Assembly: GCA_964453605.1 (NCBI GenBank) | Contig: CAYVOI010000001.1 | Span: forward strand, 102,276 to 166,275 | Length of the DNA: 64,000 nt | Source: an uncultured Gammaproteobacteria bacterium | Lineage (GTDB): Bacteria; Patescibacteriota; Patescibacteriia; Veblenbacterales; UBA10138 | Direction: 5' to 3' | Shown: piece after piece, positions 58,857-64,000 of the stretch | Layout: every line of letters starts with the position of its first letter | Position numbering within the stretch: the first letter of the stretch is position 1 | Translations under genes and position numbers: made by a program | Notes under the pieces: generated by a model | Database searches by the model: none | The model's input: the letters and a program-made list of their open reading frames with translations, nothing else | What the model was told of the DNA's origin: nothing

Positions 58857-59482
58857 AAAAAAATCCCCTCTGATGAAGGGGGTTTATTTACTGACGACAA
58901 CAGAAAACAACCCCACTTGGGCTATTCTCCGTTTGCGACCTCGGAAGGGCTAAGCTCGGCCCTCAGAAAGCAGACAACAGTTCACGTGCTGCCTTAATGC
59001 GACAAGATGTAGTGCCGGTCATTTCCCTCCGATGCCCACTGAGTGAACCAGTGACCATACCCACGGTATGGTATCCGCGCTAAAGAAGCGTGAACGTACC
59101 GGATAAGGCACTACTACCGCGTACGCGACAGGCCAGGTATGTAAGGGCCCGGCTCGCCGTACTGCATTATAGGGTTAATAAAGGAACTCTAGTGGTTGGA
59201 TTCGTTTACTAAACTTAGTCATACCACAGTTTCCGAAAGTACCCAAGGTAACCTTTATCCACACCTACCAAGATACCTATCAAGAAATAAATTGAGCTTG
59301 AATTTTGCTGTAACTTCTGGTAAAATTTTACATGCAAGTATACAAGTATAATAGCCTAAACCTAGGTAGCCCTAGGCATGGCTCAAAAACTCATGGTAGA
59401 TACTGAACCTCACGTTCAGCAGCTCTACCATGAGTCATGTCCCGAAAGGGGTATGGGCCGCAAGGCCAGCTGACGTGGGGTT

Positions 59483-59731
59483 TTGTGTACCCCACACCTA
59501 AGCCTTAATTACCTCCCTATGAGTCTCAAAACCTGGATTGGGCAGCTCTACAGTACACCACTGAACCTACTACTGGCCGTGGCTGCGCTGCTCGTCATTC
59601 TTTACTACGGCACTCATCTCTATGACTGGTTCCGACCGCAGACATACCAGGAGAAGTACATGCACTGTCTGGAACTTGGTAGTGATGCGCGGGCTGGAGC
59701 ATGCGTGAAGCTCCTTAAGGGTCAAAACTAA
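59483..59731 (+). CDS. small membrane protein, hypothetical
   Basis: 82 aa, one TM helix. Confidence 0.35.
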   Translation: MCTPHLSLNYLPMSLKTWIGQLYSTPLNLLLAVAALLVILYYGTHLYDWFRPQTYQEKYMHCLELGSDARAGACVKLLKGQN

Positions 59732-59743
59732 GTCTCAACCACT

Positions 59744-60433
59744 ATGCTTAAGAAGATTCTTCAGTTTTTGGGCGGCGCTGGTGTGGCAATAGGCATGATT
59801 TTGCTCCTGGCCATCCCTTTTTTCCTGGCGGGTTGGTACGAAAATCACTTTGACAGCTTCTACCCTTGGTTCGTTGCCATCCCTGGCATAGGCATTTGGG
59901 TGGTCATTTTCAGCATAGTGGCATCACTCGTCCCTCGGTTCAGAAAGTTCACGGGTTCGACTCTAGTGTTCTGTTCATGGGCATTTGGTGCCGCACTCTG
60001 GCTTGTTAATCTGTATGTATCACTAGTCACCCTCGGTCGAGTGTGGACGATAGTTGGTATCTTCTGTATGGGTATTGGTGTGTTTGTTACTGCTAGCATT
60101 GGTCTATTCCTAAGCGATAGGTCAACCGATGTCTGGCTCATGCTCTTCTACCTGGCTATTATTTACGGCCTGCGGATGTTTGGGTTGTTCATTGCTAGTA
60201 AGTACCGCTCCACAAAAAAATCAACTCGACCTCCACAGACTATGGGCCTTAATGTAAGAGAATCCGAGCACGTTGCGGACAGAAAGTTGATTGCCCTCAT
60301 CTCAACGAAAGGCAAAACCGCTGAGAAAGTATCAGCTGATACAATGGGAGCTATACAAAAATACTATGATACTATCTCTAGTCCACAAAAATCCTCGTCC
60401 AGCCCACGAAAAGGTACTGAAGACCAAAACTAG
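59744..60433 (+). CDS. polytopic membrane protein, hypothetical
   Basis: Five TM helices and a Ser/Lys-rich C-terminal tail. Confidence 0.45.
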   Translation: MLKKILQFLGGAGVAIGMILLLAIPFFLAGWYENHFDSFYPWFVAIPGIGIWVVIFSIVASLVPRFRKFTGSTLVFCSWAFGAALWLVNLYVSLVTLGRVWTIVGIFCMGIGVFVTASIGLFLSDRSTDVWLMLFYLAIIYGLRMFGLFIASKYRSTKKSTRPPQTMGLNVRESEHVADRKLIALISTKGKTAEKVSADTMGAIQKYYDTISSPQKSSSSPRKGTEDQN

Positions 60434-61128
60434 CCTCTCGGGCTATTTTGGGGTATACTTATCCACAGTCTCTCAAATACCCCCTCTCAGCTACATGCCT
60501 AAGGGTTGACAAAAAACCATAATCCACCTAAGGTACCGTAGCCATTGGGCATTTTGGATTTACTTCATAAAGAAAAGCTCCGTCGCTTTTCTGAGACAAC
60601 GAAGCTTTTCTCGTGAAAACTAGAGGTCGTCTTTACAGGCGACTTCTTTGTTTTTCCTGCGCTCCCAGTAATCTGGGATAGCTGGAAAACAGAAGGCCCG
60701 TTTGCCAACCTCTCGGGCATACAACCTCCGTCCGTTACGGAGCGTAATGTATGGCCGACAAACAATGTTTGTCATTGTTTTTGCGGTTAACCCATTTAGC
60801 TAGCTACATCGACCATCACTAGCTAGGGCTTCAGGGTAATTTAGCTCCTAGGGGAAGTTAATATGTAAACCTCTCCCCAATAGCCAAATGAAAAACCTGC
60901 ACCGAGTTCTGGCGTAGTGCGAGTTCCCTTTTCAGGGAATACGCACGAGGCGTATTGGTACTTTTGGTAACACTACGCCAGGACTCAACACAGGTTTTGC
61001 CTGTGGGAACTCTTTAGAACTTAACGGGGTACCAGCCCGTGCTTTGGAAAGAACTACTATAATAATAGCACGGGCTTAGAAGCCATGCAAATAGGATTGC
61101 TTAGCTTCAAATTACTTTTAGGGCTATA

Positions 61129-61743
61129 GTGATGTATATGCTCAAGAGTGGCACAAAGCGCAGCTGGGGCGTAGCTGAGGCAATGCCCTATATATACATA
61201 TTTGGTGGGGCCGTGGCTCTAGTTTTTTCGTTCCTCATTACTAACGAAAAAATCGAGCTACTCAAAAACCCTGACTACGTTCCACCCTGCAACATCAACC
61301 CCTTCATCAGCTGTGGCACGGTCATGGCTACGCCTCAAGCTTCTGTATTCGGGTTTCCTAATTCACTCCTTGGTATTGCCGGCTTTGCTGCGCTCATCAC
61401 CATTGGTGTGGTGCTGCTAACAGGCACCAAGCTGCCTCGCTGGTTTTGGCTGTGGTTGCAGGCAGGCACAACGCTCGCTGCGGCCTTTGTGTACTGGCTC
61501 TTTTTTGAAAGCGTCTATCGCATTGGAGCACTGTGCCCCTACTGCATGGTAGTGTGGGCTATGACATTACCAATTTTCTGGTACACCGCGGTGTACAACT
61601 TGCGTGAAGGACACCTAACAGGCACGAATTTGAACCTTAACCCGGGCCAGCACGTACTGGGCATGGTGGCGCTCTACGGTATTATTATTGTCGCCATACT
61701 TGTACACTATTGGAGCTACTGGGAACGGTTCCTCCACCAGTAA
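61129..61743 (+). CDS. vitamin K epoxide reductase (VKOR)-family disulfide-generating membrane protein
   Basis: Loop cysteine pair CNINPFISC and in-membrane CPYC active site (IGALCPYCMVVWAM). Four or five TM helices. Confidence 0.7.
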   Translation: MMYMLKSGTKRSWGVAEAMPYIYIFGGAVALVFSFLITNEKIELLKNPDYVPPCNINPFISCGTVMATPQASVFGFPNSLLGIAGFAALITIGVVLLTGTKLPRWFWLWLQAGTTLAAAFVYWLFFESVYRIGALCPYCMVVWAMTLPIFWYTAVYNLREGHLTGTNLNLNPGQHVLGMVALYGIIIVAILVHYWSYWERFLHQ

Positions 61744-61760
61744 ATATGATATCAAGCACT

Positions 61761-62291
61761 ATGTCCCTACGACGTACCAGCTACGTAGCTACCTTCCTCA
61801 GCCTGCTGCTAGTAAGCTGGTCGCCGGCCTTGGCCCATGGCGGCGTATCAAAAAACATCGGCCACGCTGTGGTGTACCTCAACCAAGAACCCCTGTCGCC
61901 CCTGGTGGGCGAGCGAGTAAAGTTCTCTTTTGCTCTGCAAGACACCAAGGGTGCAGCACTCGTGAACCTACCCGTGCAGCTTACGCTCACCGATACCTAC
62001 TATGGGGATGAAAGCAAGGATAAGGTTATACTCACCCAGCCGGTAATCAGCGACGTAAATGGTGATTTCGAATTTGCCTACACGTTCACTAAACAAAACT
62101 ACTTTGACCTGGATTTAGACTTCGCCGACCCTATCACGAAGGCAACCCTCAACACGGGCTTCTTGGTGCAACCCAGAACGGCGCCACCGGGTGCGCCCGC
62201 CACGGCACCACTACCTCTGGTGGCAGGGGCTATTGTGCTCGGAGTACTTTTGACACTCGGTGTAAAAACTTTAGTCAAACGTCTCTTCTAG
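61761..62291 (+). CDS. signal-peptide protein with beta-sandwich-like domain and C-terminal TM anchor
   Basis: Signal peptide MSLRRTSYVATFLSLLLVSWSPALAHG. C-terminal anchor LPLVAGAIVLGVLLTLGV. The start was moved from the track's 61710. Confidence 0.45.
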   Translation: MSLRRTSYVATFLSLLLVSWSPALAHGGVSKNIGHAVVYLNQEPLSPLVGERVKFSFALQDTKGAALVNLPVQLTLTDTYYGDESKDKVILTQPVISDVNGDFEFAYTFTKQNYFDLDLDFADPITKATLNTGFLVQPRTAPPGAPATAPLPLVAGAIVLGVLLTLGVKTLVKRLF

Positions 62292-62398
62292 GTATATTCG
62301 GTCTGAGTTTAGCACTAAATCGTAACAGGTAAGAGACGATTGAATACCCTACATTAGCGTGGTACCATTAGCTTTATCGTTAGCTCATTTTTGATATC

Positions 62399-63643
62399 AT
62401 GAAACAAGCTTTTATTAAGTTTTGTTTAGGAGTTGGAATCGTAGCGTGCTTGGTGCTGGTGCTCGCACCCGTGGCGAGTGCTGTCAGTAGCATTAAGGCA
62501 GCGCCAAATCAAAACAATGTACCGACCGATTTTGGTAACGCTGGCAATTTCAACCCCGATTTCACTTCGCCCCAGGGCGACCAGCAGCCAGCCATAGTTC
62601 CTGATCAGTACTATCGTGCTGTAGTAGAGAAGATACTTGAGGAAGGCACGTTTAACCTTGGTGGCGCTTACAAGCAACCGTACCAAAAGGTACGTGTGAA
62701 ACTACTCACGGGGCCTCAGGCCGGTCAGGAGGTAGATATCGACTACGGAAAGGATTCCGAGATCAGGGAGTCGCAAAAAGTTAAAGTTGGCGATACCATC
62801 GTCGTGCTCCAAAGCCACGCCCTGGAGGGGGCGACGCAGTACTTCATAGCAGATCGATACCGACTACCGGCGGTTCTAGTCATGGTGGCCATTTTTTTGC
62901 TTGTAACCGTGTTTTTCGGCAGGCTCAAAGGACTTACCTCTATTCTTGGTTTGGCACTGAGCATTGGGGTACTCATATGGTTCGTCATACCGAGGATAGT
63001 CGCGGGAGCTAACCCCTTATGGACCTGTGTGCTGGGAGCAATCATGATCGTGCTGGTATCTCTGTACCTAGCCCACGGCTTCAACAAGCGGACGTCGATA
63101 GCCTTACTTAGCACTCTGTTGACCCTTGGAGTTTCGGTTGGGCTAGCCAGCTTGGCAGTTCAGTTTGCTAAGCTCTCAGGTATGGGTAGTGAAGACGCGT
63201 TTTACCTACAAACGGATTTTCTCCATGGTCTTGATCTGCGCGGGCTTTTACTAGGGGGCATCATAATTGGCGCACTTGGCGTGTTGGATGACGTTACTAC
63301 CGGCCAAGCTGCGGCCGTAGACGAAATCCATAACGCTGACCCCAAGCTGCCATTCACGGAGCTGTATAAGCGGGGCTTATCTGTCGGCAAAGAGCACATC
63401 GCATCTCTGGTAAACACCCTAGCCCTCGCTTATGTTGGCGCCTCGTTCCCGCTCCTGCTCTTGTTCGCGACTAATCATGATCAACCACTCTGGTTCGTGG
63501 TAAACGGTGAGTTAGTGATGGAGGAGGTGGTGCGAACCTTAGTTGGCAGCATGGCGCTACTTATAGCGGTACCGCTCACTACACTACTTACGGCTCGTTT
63601 CTTGGTACCTAGAGCGGAACGGCGTAAACGGGTTTTACCGTAA
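62399..63643 (+). CDS. YibE/F-family membrane protein
   Basis: N-terminal extracytoplasmic domain plus a seven-or-so TM bundle. GIIIGALGVLDDVTTGQAAAVDEI block is typical of YibE/F. Confidence 0.5.
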   Translation: MKQAFIKFCLGVGIVACLVLVLAPVASAVSSIKAAPNQNNVPTDFGNAGNFNPDFTSPQGDQQPAIVPDQYYRAVVEKILEEGTFNLGGAYKQPYQKVRVKLLTGPQAGQEVDIDYGKDSEIRESQKVKVGDTIVVLQSHALEGATQYFIADRYRLPAVLVMVAIFLLVTVFFGRLKGLTSILGLALSIGVLIWFVIPRIVAGANPLWTCVLGAIMIVLVSLYLAHGFNKRTSIALLSTLLTLGVSVGLASLAVQFAKLSGMGSEDAFYLQTDFLHGLDLRGLLLGGIIIGALGVLDDVTTGQAAAVDEIHNADPKLPFTELYKRGLSVGKEHIASLVNTLALAYVGASFPLLLLFATNHDQPLWFVVNGELVMEEVVRTLVGSMALLIAVPLTTLLTARFLVPRAERRKRVLP

Positions 63644-63855
63644 AGCTAGTTCTTTAGCCAAACCGAGGGTTCTAATCTCCTCCACCACCCGGAGCCATGA
63701 TAAAAACCATCAGCCTAAAAGGTTGGTGGTTTTTATCATAACGCCCTATGGCGTGGCGGGATTCGAAGGGTAGTTCAAAAACGTAAACTGCTTTACGTTT
63801 TTGAACACCCGGGCTGTGAAGGAGGAGCGCGAGTCTTCGAGCGCGACAGGTGAGC

Positions 63856-63876
63856 AGGAATCCCACCCCCGCAGTT
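63856..63876 (+). repeat. direct repeat of the tRNA-Asn 3' T-arm/acceptor segment (candidate attR core)
   Basis: GAATCCCACCCCCGCAG compared with GAATCCCACCCCCGGAGCAG in tRNA-Asn. Nearby are an inverted GGGATTCGAA fragment (about 63757) and a 15-bp stem hairpin (63773-63805). Confidence 0.3.
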
Positions 63877-64000
63877 CCCACAATTAAAACTCTCCTTGCG
63901 GGCGTTTTTGATTTGAAGTAGCATAGGAATATGAAAACCTCTTATAAGTTCGCACTCGTAGCGATTCCGCTTGCCGTCGCAGCGTTTTTGTTAGGTCGTA

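Larger units (their letters stand above)
54712..63876. mobile_element. candidate integrative element inserted 3' of tRNA-Asn (boundaries tentative)
   Basis: A large serine recombinase is adjacent to tRNA fragments, followed by a P-loop replication-like gene, small ORFs and an AT-rich structured non-coding stretch. A distal direct repeat GAATCCCACCCCCG lies at about 63856-63869 among other tRNA-like scraps. Confidence 0.3.

Noticed and set aside
63672-63881. 69-aa minus-strand ORF at the window end
   Set aside because: It overlaps a 15-bp stem hairpin and tRNA-like fragments. The sequence is Gly/Pro/Arg-rich with no start context. It is likely non-coding.

Overview
The window is mostly housekeeping DNA from a high-GC (about 57%) bacterium that uses standard stop codons, with TGA acting as a stop. 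The gene content suggests a monoderm-type or CPR/Patescibacteria-like organism. The evidence is a Gram-positive-style PrgI/VirB3 plus VirB4 conjugation-type module, membrane-anchored solute-binding and DsbA proteins, a stand-alone riboflavin kinase and a CIRCE element at groESL. This lineage placement is inference. Recognisable core genes are radA, mpg, recG, folD, glyA, murI, trpS, rnj, secG, uvrD/pcrA, uvrC, uvrA, groES, groEL, ppsA, dnaG and rpoD, plus four tRNAs: Arg-GCG, Leu-CAG, Ser-GGA and Asn-GTT. The most system-like region is 1383-10431, a type IV secretion-like locus. It holds a PrgI/VirB3-like protein and a VirB4 ATPase that is split across two reading frames. It also holds an ArsR-type regulator flanked by two near-identical 30-bp operator-like repeats, two paralogous cysteine-rich secreted proteins that share a VirB2/TrbC-like hydrophobic hairpin, a dedicated DsbA and a TolB-like propeller. 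One of the two paralogs is fused to a complete LAS/M15 zinc peptidase domain. A VKOR-family protein is encoded elsewhere at 61129-61743. Three tRNA genes each have foreign-looking DNA immediately 3' of them. A low-GC (about 33%) single-gene islet lies next to tRNA-Arg, and its product shows the motif pattern of XYP-type cyclodipeptide synthases. A second low-GC islet next to tRNA-Ser carries GrpB plus an unknown gene. At tRNA-Asn there is a candidate integrative element with a large serine recombinase, a P-loop replication-like protein and a structured AT-rich non-coding stretch. Its candidate att sites are tRNA 3'-end fragments. Other observations are two promoter-plus-terminator modules upstream of groESL that look like a tandem small-RNA pair, a translin-family protein, and an extracytoplasmic bactofilin-like repeat protein. 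Coordinates of non-CDS features were located by eye and may be off by 1-2 nt.
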